From positions 4,626-68,625 of IMG/VR virus record IMGVR_UViG_3300050821_002050: a stretch of 64,000 nt of DNA. The stretch is one strand, 5' to 3'. Source of the DNA: a virus. This document shows positions 10,801 through 18,728 of this stretch, piece by piece; position 1 is the first letter of the stretch; each line of letters starts with the position of its first letter. Below the pieces are notes generated by a model. That model searched no databases and was not told where the DNA came from. It saw only the letters and a program-made list of their open reading frames with translations. The position numbers and the translations under genes are program-made.

Positions 10801-13512
10801 AAGGCGATCGTGGTAGGTCTCTTCAGTGTTGCCACGCTGCTCCATTGCCACCTTGGCTTCCGCCTTGTCGACGGCATCGCTGCCGCGACCCTTGGCGTAC
10901 TTCAGCCGGTCCTCGGCTTGCTTGGCCGCCCGGAACTCGTCGACTGCCTCTTCGGGGCCATGGCGGAGGATGCGTTCGTCCTCCCGGAATTTCTGGAGCT
11001 TCTCCTGTTTCGTCAGCGCTCGGCCAAGGGTGGGGTCGACTACCTTGCGCGAGGAGAGCAAGTTGCGCGCCTCACGCGCCAACAGCCACTCGCGCGGCTT
11101 ATGCGCTGGTACCCAGCCCTTCTCGGGGAAGCCATGGTGCGCGGCGCGCGCGAGGGTTTGCGCAGGCGTCTCTTTATCAAGCTCGGCTTGTTCTCGATGC
11201 CCCTTCTCAAACCACTTCTTGACGGCCTCGTGCTTCTCAGCGTTCTTGGCCGCTGTCGCCACGGTGTTCGCCGTGACCGGTTCGCCCTTTTCGTTCTTCA
11301 GGTCGCCGATCGGTACGCCGCCCTTGTTCTTACGAACGCGCTTGCCCTTGACGGCCTCCAGCGCGCTGTCGGGAGCGTTCCGCAGAGCCTCGGCCTTCTC
11401 GTGCTCGCCTGCAGCCTCGAACTTCTTGATGGCATCCTTGACGGCGGCGCGCTCCTTGACGGGCTTCGCAGGCGCGGCAGTCTCCGCCTCACGTTCAGCC
11501 TTCGCTTTCTTGAGTTGCTCTTGTTCGGCCCGCAGACGTGCGAGTTCCTCCGCGAGGTTCTCGTCCTCGGGGTTCGCTTTGGGGCCGCTCTTCTTGGGCT
11601 TCTCTTCGCCGACAAGCTCTTCCTTCGACGGATGGGAGCCACCGTCGTAGGTAGCGGGCTTCTCTTCTTTCGGTTCGACGAGCCCGCTTTTTTCCATCTC
11701 AGGGCGGATGGACTTCAACGGTAACGTAGAGCCCTTGTCGTACTTCGCGTCCCGCCATCCGGTCCCGGGCTCGTCATCGACACGCGGGGCGTTCTCGGGC
11801 GATACCCCCTTCTGGAGGGCCCTCTTGCGCTTCAGCACCTCTCCTTCGTGCTGCATATTGAGCACGTTGCTCTTCTTAGACTTCGCGACCGCAGCTTCGG
11901 CTTTTGCCGGTTGGGCCGGTTGGGCCGGTTGGACCGGTAGGGTAGTTTGCTGCTCTGGCGCAGATTTTTTATTTGCGTTTTTCGATTTTGATTTCGCGGC
12001 TTCGCCCTTTCGAGCTTTATTTTTCTTCGCGTTCTCGAAGATGTTCGACGCGCCGGGCGAAGCAGGCCGCTCGGGCGTCACGACGCCGCGCTGCTCAAGG
12101 GTTTCTCGCGTCTTCCGCGCCGCCTCGGCCTCTTGCCGGGGGCCACTTACGGTGGCCGTAACCGGCTCGGTCGGGGGCAGGCCCTTTTCGGCGCGCAGTT
12201 TTGCGTTCTCGGCCTGCAACGCCTTGAGCGTGTCACCGATATTGGGTTCCTGCTTGGGCGTGAAAGCTGCTACCGGCTTGCTCGGGCGCACGTCCTCCTG
12301 TGTCGCCACGGCGTCGCCGGGCTTCGGGAAGCCGCCGTTGTCGTCCTCGGGCGGAGCCATGCGCTTGTTGCGCCCCTTCTTTCGGGGGACGCCAGCGTTG
12401 TCGTCGAGGTTGGCTCGGATGCCCGGATTGTTGGGATCAGCGGTTTTACTTGGGGCGTTCTGCTCGTTCGCCTGATCCAGCGCGGCCTTTTGCGCCGGGT
12501 CTATGTCACCGGTCGTAACCTGCGAGTTGTCAGCCGGCGCACCTTTTTTCGTGCGGGTGGCGTCCGGTTTACCGGTCGCGGTGTTGCCCGCACTATCTGT
12601 GGGCTTGTTGTCATCCCGCGCGCCAACTGTCGCACCATCGGCATCAGGAGGAGTTTCGGGAAAGGCTGCCCCTTCAGTGTTGGTATCTTCAGCTTGGGTC
12701 TGCGTGGTCCCATCACCAACGTCTTCGTGCGCTTGCTCTGCGCCCGGGTTACGGGCCTCGCCGGGTCGGCCAGCAACCTTGCCGACGCGCGCGGCGATGT
12801 TTTCACCGACGCGCTCACCAGCCTTGTTAATTGCTGTGCCAGCTCGATTGAAGCCCGGAGCGAAAGCACCGGCTGCGAACTGCAGTGCGAGGTCCCCGGC
12901 ATCTTGGTCCTCCCCTTGGATGTAGTTGCCAATGGCTCCGACGGCGGACTGCACCGCACCTGCACCGCCGCGAGTAATCGCTTCGGCAACCGGTCGTCCG
13001 AACTTGTCGACGAGCGCGTTACCTGCTCCCTTGACGACGCTGCCCGGGCTCATGCCGATCATCTGACCGCCGATTTCACCCGCGAGCGAGGCGTAGTGGT
13101 GGGCCTTCTCGTTAGCCTGCATCTGCGCTTCGTCTTGATCGGCCCACTGTGGCGCGACCGCATGAAGCAGGTCGTGCTGTGCTTTCTCGGCAGCCGCCGA
13201 ACCGGCAACGAAGCCGCCGAACCCAGCGGCCACCTGTGCGACTGGGCCAGCGGGCGTGGCCAACCCGGCACCGACACCTGCGCCTAGTGTACCAACTACG
13301 CCGGGGATCACGTTATGTGCGAACCTGCGCACGCCCGACATGAGCGCGCCTTCAGGCTCGGGGCCTTCGCCGTATTCCTTTATGAAGTCCTGCGGGCTGA
13401 ACTCTTTGATGAACCCCTGCGGGTCGAACTCGCGTGCGTTATCGTTCCCGCTGCTGGCTTGCGGGCCATGGTCTTCGATAAACTCTTGTGGGTCGAAATC
13501 ATCGTCAGCCAT
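7894..13512 (-). CDS. Large internal virion/DNA ejection protein (1872 aa)
   Basis: Size and position after the tail genes. Repeated FDPQxFI N-terminus, Gly/Ala-rich hydrophobic segment, long charged low-complexity middle. Confidence 0.7.
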   Translation of the reverse strand: MADDDFDPQEFIEDHGPQASSGNDNAREFDPQGFIKEFSPQDFIKEYGEGPEPEGALMSGVRRFAHNVIPGVVGTLGAGVGAGLATPAGPVAQVAAGFGGFVAGSAAAEKAQHDLLHAVAPQWADQDEAQMQANEKAHHYASLAGEIGGQMIGMSPGSVVKGAGNALVDKFGRPVAEAITRGGAGAVQSAVGAIGNYIQGEDQDAGDLALQFAAGAFAPGFNRAGTAINKAGERVGENIAARVGKVAGRPGEARNPGAEQAHEDVGDGTTQTQAEDTNTEGAAFPETPPDADGATVGARDDNKPTDSAGNTATGKPDATRTKKGAPADNSQVTTGDIDPAQKAALDQANEQNAPSKTADPNNPGIRANLDDNAGVPRKKGRNKRMAPPEDDNGGFPKPGDAVATQEDVRPSKPVAAFTPKQEPNIGDTLKALQAENAKLRAEKGLPPTEPVTATVSGPRQEAEAARKTRETLEQRGVVTPERPASPGASNIFENAKKNKARKGEAAKSKSKNANKKSAPEQQTTLPVQPAQPAQPAKAEAAVAKSKKSNVLNMQHEGEVLKRKRALQKGVSPENAPRVDDEPGTGWRDAKYDKGSTLPLKSIRPEMEKSGLVEPKEEKPATYDGGSHPSKEELVGEEKPKKSGPKANPEDENLAEELARLRAEQEQLKKAKAEREAETAAPAKPVKERAAVKDAIKKFEAAGEHEKAEALRNAPDSALEAVKGKRVRKNKGGVPIGDLKNEKGEPVTANTVATAAKNAEKHEAVKKWFEKGHREQAELDKETPAQTLARAAHHGFPEKGWVPAHKPREWLLAREARNLLSSRKVVDPTLGRALTKQEKLQKFREDERILRHGPEEAVDEFRAAKQAEDRLKYAKGRGSDAVDKAEAKVAMEQRGNTEETYHDRLEREEKEWLGQNYKEGTEVRPDPYDALRNRDKEWLAKNYPEGDFEHTKVDPEAIAEGVVEKAIKNKADNAERPKKTKDVTKEGEDEALKSSKKAREAEERAAALEEARFRAKMNVTPEERAKYEAAQAADDKRNAIGRANELARLAKEFGTDEKASLNINQIGHDVKALMKRFLNSKWSGSKVGANISHRDSSYSRSLTADELNNHGKWLRDLQKMFHTNEQTNKAANTALFQASDAMWHDSKEPDAKSKTAQQRRIFEARDADSAHVDLPGKQKGKTNLESLSAEDQRLYNEHLKEVFDENKLYKEGGDIFAPNNAARDVDDHISHLSDGETSEYNLLKNKDDPTSPEYNGLTVSASMSNNRNYFALEDRSGHRHIIQERDNGYNIWRNGKSQKIRDPKFEFEANKPYVYTDPKTGAKQTFTMREAMASEKEKHARGLGNTPAMLKYQHNAALSAFLTNSLMGQRFRNLKLLNKIINSPEFGKMSTTDGKLANDRGWKQTDFPNLKGADGKPIFMDPKMKEVFDSYAKSGFDTYDWWRNLNHNVTRLLFWMPTAHIANVGTHWFVGRGWDNITPAGLHSLIVDGAKAIKSVWNQDDLQKRLMRSGAGLIYPGVNTRNFAQGLASRVGTEMANGPKGVGWRRVADIIGVDPKALGEKFYDWSSRMMWHANDVFLTQRILELERKGMSTEQAIIHAERDIPNYQVPNRIMSSGEAGRFLSKVMSGNDLFTFGRYHYGMWNAYANMIKDAFHPKSSAADRIDAAGKMLAMGFLTFAIYPMMDKLAQFITGNEDASQTRRGPVSIPSHLYRASQGKEDPMSALRSTFTVTPLISTLIEAISGRDYRGKNIIEPGDVSDAFGENSGRQGRIRAGLKVGMQEAEHWVRGTVSPYGTLSNSYKKNPEDAGGPVGVGKAALKGIRDQAADVKNPSDAGANWERKSQKLNARDSRLREKHGGYGIGEDILNRATEGW

Positions 13513-15389
13513 TACTGGGCCTCAAGAATTTTTCGAACCGCTGCAGCATCCTTATGGTTGGGGTTGGCGTTCAGCCACGACTGTGCGCGCGCCCGTTTCG
13601 CCGGGTCCATCTTCTGTGCGCTCTGTGGCGTCGTAGGCGAGGAGGTGCGGGCCTGCGGGGTCGGAGCCTGCGGGGTCCCAGTGAACTGTTGATCCGCAGC
13701 GACGCGATACTTCTTCGCGATCTCGTTGTCCTCGTCGGTAAACCGCTGACCGGCAGCCATCTTGGCCTTGAGGTAGCCCAGCTCGCTCGTCTTGTCAGAG
13801 CGAGCGTCCTTGCGGGCTTCTTGGTCGTAGAGGAAATTGACGCGCGCCATCGCCGCGTCATGCTTCTGTTTGGTAGAGAACTCCCACTGCAGGGCCTTCT
13901 CATGGGCGATCCGCTCGTGCGACGCATCGGTCGCCGCTTTACCTTCGTTCTGAAGCCGCACTTTTTTCTCGGCGTTGACGCCCTCTAGGCGCTTACCTTC
14001 GAGCTTGTTCTTGCGCTCTTCGGCGGCGCTCTGCTCGTTCGCCATCCACTGCTGGCGGGCAGGCTCGGCGTTGACGTTGCCCTTGCCGAACCGCAAGGTA
14101 GAACGTTCCTCTAGGTCAGAGCCGTAGGGGCTCTTCTGCTTGACCTTGCCGACGTAGTTGCCGTTCTTGTCGTGCGTGCCGGGGATCGGCGGTTGGTCAC
14201 CGGGGCCAAGGCCGTGACGTGCGTTCTCGGTGTCGATCGCTTCGTCGCTCTTGAGATTGCCAGCGAACTCCATGTCGCGACCGGGATACTTGTCAAGGCT
14301 CTGCGCGTGCGGTCCCGAGTAGCGCTTCGGCTGATAGCCAGCGCCATCACGCAGGTTCTGCGCGTTGCTTTCTTCGTCGCTGGGACCCGCGCGACCCGGG
14401 ATGGTGGAGCGATCCGGGTCTTTCTGCGGTGGCTTGGCGTCCTCCTCGTCGTCGTCAGCCTGATCTTGGGCCTTCAGCTTCGCTGCCGGGGACTGGGTCG
14501 GGGTCTGGGACTGTGGCGTGTCGCCGTCGCTCTGCATGCCAGCCTGCGCATTCGAAAGCCGCTGCAGCATCGCAGGCACGCCAGTGTTGAACACCTTGTC
14601 GAACTGGGCCTCGTTACCAACGTCGAGGACCTGTTTGAACTGCGGGATCGAGAGATTGTACTGCACGGTGTGCGTCGAGCCCGGCATCTGCACAACCGCG
14701 ATCACGCCGTGATTGCCGTTCGGCGAGAAGATCACGTTCGACCCATCGGGCATGTGGTCCTGCGCCTTGTTCGCGGCGTCGATGGCCGCCTTCAGGTCGG
14801 GACGTTTCTCAGCGGACCCGTTGAGAGCCTGCAGCGCATAGGTGTTGTAGGTGCCCCAGAGGACGCGGTTGCCCTGCACCAGCGCCTTCCCGGCCTCAAG
14901 GCCATGCTTCATGACCGCGTCGTGGATGGCGTACACGCCAGTGTCGGCGGGCGTGTCACGGAGACCGCGCCGCGACTGCGCATTGATCTTCTGGATCAGA
15001 CCCGGATTGACCGCGCCCTCGCCCGCAAGCATCTTCTTGATGTTGTCTTGGCGTTGCTGGTCAGGACCGGCGTTGCCGAGTTGACCGTTCTGAGCGGGGG
15101 GCTGACCTTGCTGTTGAAGCGCCGCCTGCGCGGTGTCGTCGTCCTCGTCTTTGATCGCATTCGTGAAGCGGCCACCCTGCTGGGCCACCTGCTGGTCAAC
15201 GCCAGTGCTGTCGTCCTCGACGCCCTGACCTGAATTGACAACAGGCGCGGAGAGACCCTGCTCATCCTGCGGGTTGGGCGTGTTGATGGGCACGTTGGGG
15301 TTATGGCTCTCACCATCGTCAATGGCAGGAGGCGTGGGATCGTTCTGGGTGTCCGTCGGATCATAGTTGCCGTCATCGAAAGCCATCAC
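13512..15389 (-). CDS. Internal virion protein (625 aa)
   Basis: Coupled in the ejection operon; D/Q-rich with coiled coil. Confidence 0.65.
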   Translation of the reverse strand: MMAFDDGNYDPTDTQNDPTPPAIDDGESHNPNVPINTPNPQDEQGLSAPVVNSGQGVEDDSTGVDQQVAQQGGRFTNAIKDEDDDTAQAALQQQGQPPAQNGQLGNAGPDQQRQDNIKKMLAGEGAVNPGLIQKINAQSRRGLRDTPADTGVYAIHDAVMKHGLEAGKALVQGNRVLWGTYNTYALQALNGSAEKRPDLKAAIDAANKAQDHMPDGSNVIFSPNGNHGVIAVVQMPGSTHTVQYNLSIPQFKQVLDVGNEAQFDKVFNTGVPAMLQRLSNAQAGMQSDGDTPQSQTPTQSPAAKLKAQDQADDDEEDAKPPQKDPDRSTIPGRAGPSDEESNAQNLRDGAGYQPKRYSGPHAQSLDKYPGRDMEFAGNLKSDEAIDTENARHGLGPGDQPPIPGTHDKNGNYVGKVKQKSPYGSDLEERSTLRFGKGNVNAEPARQQWMANEQSAAEERKNKLEGKRLEGVNAEKKVRLQNEGKAATDASHERIAHEKALQWEFSTKQKHDAAMARVNFLYDQEARKDARSDKTSELGYLKAKMAAGQRFTDEDNEIAKKYRVAADQQFTGTPQAPTPQARTSSPTTPQSAQKMDPAKRARAQSWLNANPNHKDAAAVRKILEAQ

Positions 15390-16072
15390 TAATCCTCCGT
15401 ATCGGAGATCGCGCCGCCTTGCGCTTGTTTGTTCTCCGCAAGTGCGCGCGGCCCGTTCATCTGATGAATGCCAAGGTCGCGGCTCATCGGGTTGTTCAAC
15501 TGGCTCGCCCCGTTATCGCCCGCATATTGGTCGTAGAGCCCGTAGGCTTTGCCTGCGAAGTTGTTGAGCGCGCCGCCGATCTTGAGCCCGAGAGGGCTGG
15601 TGGTCTGGTTGCGACGATCGTCGACGTTCGGTGACTGGTTCACGGTTGACCAATCGGGCCCGCCCGGTGCCACGCTTTCGTCGCGCTTGGTCGGGATGTT
15701 GCGACCCTCATCGCCCTCCGGGTAGTAGACGTTCGCGTCGCCTGTCCCCGTTGCGGGAGCCATGCCCGGGCTGTCGGGTGATCGCGGTTTGATGTCCAGC
15801 ATCTGCTGTCCACCGCTCCCGTCAGCTCCGCCGCCGTCCGATAGACCGTGCTGCTGGTACATGTACTGCATGACCTGATCGACGCTGTTCAGCGCCTCAG
15901 ACATATCGTTCTGTTCCGGTGTGCCATTGCTGTCGCCGCCGCCCGCCTTCGGATCAGCAGGGGCCGCAGACGCGCCATCGCTGTCGTCAGCGATCGCGCC
16001 ACTGTCGGGTGCGCCGCCACCGCCCGTGTTGCTATCGTCCGTCGGGATCGCGCCCTCTTCATTGTCTGCCAT
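15389..16072 (-). CDS. Putative virion protein, acidic and Gly-rich
   Basis: Operon coupling. GAIPTDD/GAIADD/GAISDT repeats. Confidence 0.6.
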   Translation of the reverse strand: MADNEEGAIPTDDSNTGGGGAPDSGAIADDSDGASAAPADPKAGGGDSNGTPEQNDMSEALNSVDQVMQYMYQQHGLSDGGGADGSGGQQMLDIKPRSPDSPGMAPATGTGDANVYYPEGDEGRNIPTKRDESVAPGGPDWSTVNQSPNVDDRRNQTTSPLGLKIGGALNNFAGKAYGLYDQYAGDNGASQLNNPMSRDLGIHQMNGPRALAENKQAQGGAISDTED

Positions 16073-16075
16073 GAC

Positions 16076-17500
16076 TTACCTCGTTGGAGCCGGTTTGGCC
16101 GGCGCGGAAGTCAGTCGCTTCTTGCGCGACTGGTCGATCAAATTCTGAAAAAATTCTTGGCCCTTCCACAGCGCCACATCCTTCGGGATCACGAACTCGT
16201 CCGCGTTGAGATGGCCGGGAGCACCGCTCGGCATTCGCGTCGGCACGTCATCCGTGCGCGCGCCATGGCTCGGGCTCGCGCTTTGCGGCACATGACCGAC
16301 GCCTGTGAACTGGCGTCCGCTGCTGTCGTAGTCGCCCACCCGGCCCCCGCGCGCCATATCGCCGCCGCCACTGTCGAAGCTCGACATATCGCCGCCGTTA
16401 CCCTGATCGACACCAACGCCCGCGCCGTCGTTGTAGTCGCCGCCCGGGTCATTAGGGCTCGCACCCCCAGTCGGAGGCGGGTCGGTAAACCCTCCATCGC
16501 CACCGGGAGGTGTCGGCCATGCGCCGGGTTCTTCAATGGCACCGCTATCCGGTCCCTGCGGAATGTCGGTGCTTGAAGCGTCGGGTTGTGGTTGTCCACC
16601 GCCGCCACCCGAGAAGCTCTGCGAGCCAGCGCCGCTATGGTCAGGCATCCACGCCGGGCCACTCGACGAGCTGCCGGGGCCGCCGCTCCCGTCGCCGCCA
16701 CCGCCGCCACCGCCGCTCTTCGAGCCGCTGTTGTTGCCACCGGACGAGGTGCTGGTGTTCTGACTGGTGCTTTGTGACTTGTTGGCCGAGAAGGGCAGCT
16801 TGGTCTGCATGCCGGTCGAGAGGAATTTGTCTGGGACGCCGTACAAGTTCGCGCCAGTGTTCGCGTTCGCAAGCTCGGCGTTGGACGCGCCAGTGTTCGC
16901 TTGGATCGCGGTGTTGTTGACGTTGGATATGGCAGCGGGGAGCTGCGCTCCCACCTGTACCGCTTGTCCGCGCAGGGCCTGACCGGTTTGGATGTCGGCC
17001 ATACGCTGTTGGTTCTCCGCCCCCGCGATATTGGCGGAGTTCTGAATTTTCGCCGCTTCGTCGAGACCGGCGTAGCGACCATCAGAAGGATTGACACCGT
17101 AGGAGCGGAGGGCCTCTTCGCTTTGGTCAAGCGCAGACTTTCCAGCTTGGGCTTGAGTGGCACCCGCCATTCCCATATCTGTGGCCATACGCGCAGGCGA
17201 GGCGTAGCTGTTTGCGTCAGCCACGAGTTGCGCGTTTTCAGGTGCGAAGAGGTTGTTGTACTGGTTCGTCAGGTTGGTCGACAGCCCGTTCATCTGAGAT
17301 GACACGTTGAAAAAGTTGTCGACAGCCTGACTGGTAATGTTTGAGGTCTGATTGAACACGCTGCCAGCCCAGTCGTAGAGCTGGCTGGCATAGCCTTGAG
17401 CCTGCTGCGCGATCTGGTCGATGATGCTGTTCTCAGGCGTCTCAATCGGAAACGTAGAGGAGGTGCTCTGGGAGCTACCGCTGCTGCTGCTCATGGACAT
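16076..17500 (-). CDS. Internal virion/ejection protein
   Basis: S/G/Q-rich. C-terminal MARGG..TDDVP..LNADEFVIPKDV motif of the type seen in ejection and tape-measure proteins. Confidence 0.65.
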   Translation of the reverse strand: MSMSSSSGSSQSTSSTFPIETPENSIIDQIAQQAQGYASQLYDWAGSVFNQTSNITSQAVDNFFNVSSQMNGLSTNLTNQYNNLFAPENAQLVADANSYASPARMATDMGMAGATQAQAGKSALDQSEEALRSYGVNPSDGRYAGLDEAAKIQNSANIAGAENQQRMADIQTGQALRGQAVQVGAQLPAAISNVNNTAIQANTGASNAELANANTGANLYGVPDKFLSTGMQTKLPFSANKSQSTSQNTSTSSGGNNSGSKSGGGGGGGDGSGGPGSSSSGPAWMPDHSGAGSQSFSGGGGGQPQPDASSTDIPQGPDSGAIEEPGAWPTPPGGDGGFTDPPPTGGASPNDPGGDYNDGAGVGVDQGNGGDMSSFDSGGGDMARGGRVGDYDSSGRQFTGVGHVPQSASPSHGARTDDVPTRMPSGAPGHLNADEFVIPKDVALWKGQEFFQNLIDQSRKKRLTSAPAKPAPTR

Positions 17501-17545
17501 GGTTCGGGCCTCAAAAATACCTCCCCCAGCCCTATCACCGTGCCC

Positions 17546-17560
17546 TTAAGGGCAGGTTAA
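17546..17560. promoter_or_regulatory. CtrA-type box TTAA-GGGCAGG-TTAA upstream of the ejection operon
   Basis: Perfect intergenic TTAA-N7-TTAA, 5 bp from the palindrome at 17566-17580. Confidence 0.75.
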
Positions 17561-17583
17561 CCGGGTTACGGTGCCCGTAAGTG

Positions 17584-18357
17584 TCAATGGAGGCTGACCT
17601 TGAGGGTCTTGATGTTGATTGTGGCAGCGAGGTTCGTCGACTGGCCGCTACCGCCATTTGCCGTGGCGAAGTCGACCGCATGCTGGGGGGGACCGAGGTT
17701 ACCAAGGCTGTAGTCGAGGAATTGATCCACCCACCCTTTGGAGCCGGTCACCTGAACCTGATCGGCAGTGTTACCCGAGGTGGACAGGACTGTCTTTTTC
17801 AGGTTGTCCTTCCACGTCGCTAGTCCAAAAATCATAGTCTTGACTTGAGACGCCGCGACGACGTTGAAGCTGATATTCGACGTAAACTGCGAGAGATCGA
17901 ACACCAAATAGCCGTCGATGTTGAAGAAGCAGGTGCCTCCGCCGCCGCCAGCCGGGCCTTGGGAGAACTGACCGTCTGTCACCATCTGGCCCAGCCACGC
18001 TGCAGAGCCCGCGTTTTTAGCGATTGTATCCGATGGAGTATGGCCCGCCCGCGCCGAGTTGGTGAAGCTAACCGCCTCCCGCTGCCATGCGTTAGTAGTG
18101 AGTGTCGCCGTGCCCGCGCCCGTTGGACCGTTGTTGATCGTAAAGGTCCCACCGGGAATAACGGGCTGTAACAGCGAGAACGGTGCACCTTGGATGTTCA
18201 CGTCACTGAGGTTAAAGGTGAAGTTGAAAGGACCGTTTGGGTTGCCGACCCCGCCGTTGCTGGCGTACAGGATCGCGAACGGTCCACTGCCAAAGTGAAC
18301 GTCGAGGATGGTAGAGAACAGGAAGTCTGGGGAGAAATCTACCTCGACCATTTCCAC
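17584..18357 (-). CDS. Putative tail-associated beta-rich protein
   Basis: G/T/N/F-rich 257 aa downstream of the tail nozzle gene. Confidence 0.6.
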   Translation of the reverse strand: MEMVEVDFSPDFLFSTILDVHFGSGPFAILYASNGGVGNPNGPFNFTFNLSDVNIQGAPFSLLQPVIPGGTFTINNGPTGAGTATLTTNAWQREAVSFTNSARAGHTPSDTIAKNAGSAAWLGQMVTDGQFSQGPAGGGGGTCFFNIDGYLVFDLSQFTSNISFNVVAASQVKTMIFGLATWKDNLKKTVLSTSGNTADQVQVTGSKGWVDQFLDYSLGNLGPPQHAVDFATANGGSGQSTNLAATINIKTLKVSLH

Positions 18358-18728
18358 TGTGCTCCGGTATTCTTGTCCGAGAAGACGAGCGCGTTGATCT
18401 GCTCAACATCCACCCAGTTCGGGCTGGTGTGATCGTTGTTTTGGAACACCCTGACCTTTTCCGTCACGCGGCTTACTTCATTCCATTGCGGCTTCGGAGG
18501 CTTTTGCCCAGAGCTATTCGAGTTGGTGTTCAGTTGGTTGCCGAGCATCTTCAGCATCTGAAGGATTTGGTTGATGATGCCCGCGATCTCGTTGTTGAAC
18601 TGCTGCTGCGCTCCCGGCGAATTCGATGTAGGCGGCGAGACAGCACCGGGCAGCCCGGGAATATTCTTCGGGCCGGGTATTTGCGCCGCTGGTTTCGGCG
18701 GCAGATGACAGACGGGGTTCTGGCTCAT
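18339..18728 (-). CDS. Hypothetical virion protein
   Basis: ATGA-coupled to the 18725 gene. Confidence 0.65.
   Translation of the reverse strand: MSQNPVCHLPPKPAAQIPGPKNIPGLPGAVSPPTSNSPGAQQQFNNEIAGIINQILQMLKMLGNQLNTNSNSSGQKPPKPQWNEVSRVTEKVRVFQNNDHTSPNWVDVEQINALVFSDKNTGAQWKWSR

Noticed and set aside
11905-12030. (PAQ)3 tandem repeat and AT-rich Lys patch in the 1872-aa gene
   Set aside because: Ordinary low-complexity linker variation with the reading frame intact.
7894-13512. N4-like virion RNA polymerase using 3-nt-loop hairpin promoters
   Set aside because: The protein is much shorter than N4 vRNAP and shows no polymerase motifs, and the palindrome loops vary in sequence.
8164-17302. Long + strand ORFs (for example 10237-11724, 12133-13287, 14172-15233)
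   Set aside because: They are antisense shadows of GC-rich minus-strand genes, with no RBS or recognisable motifs.
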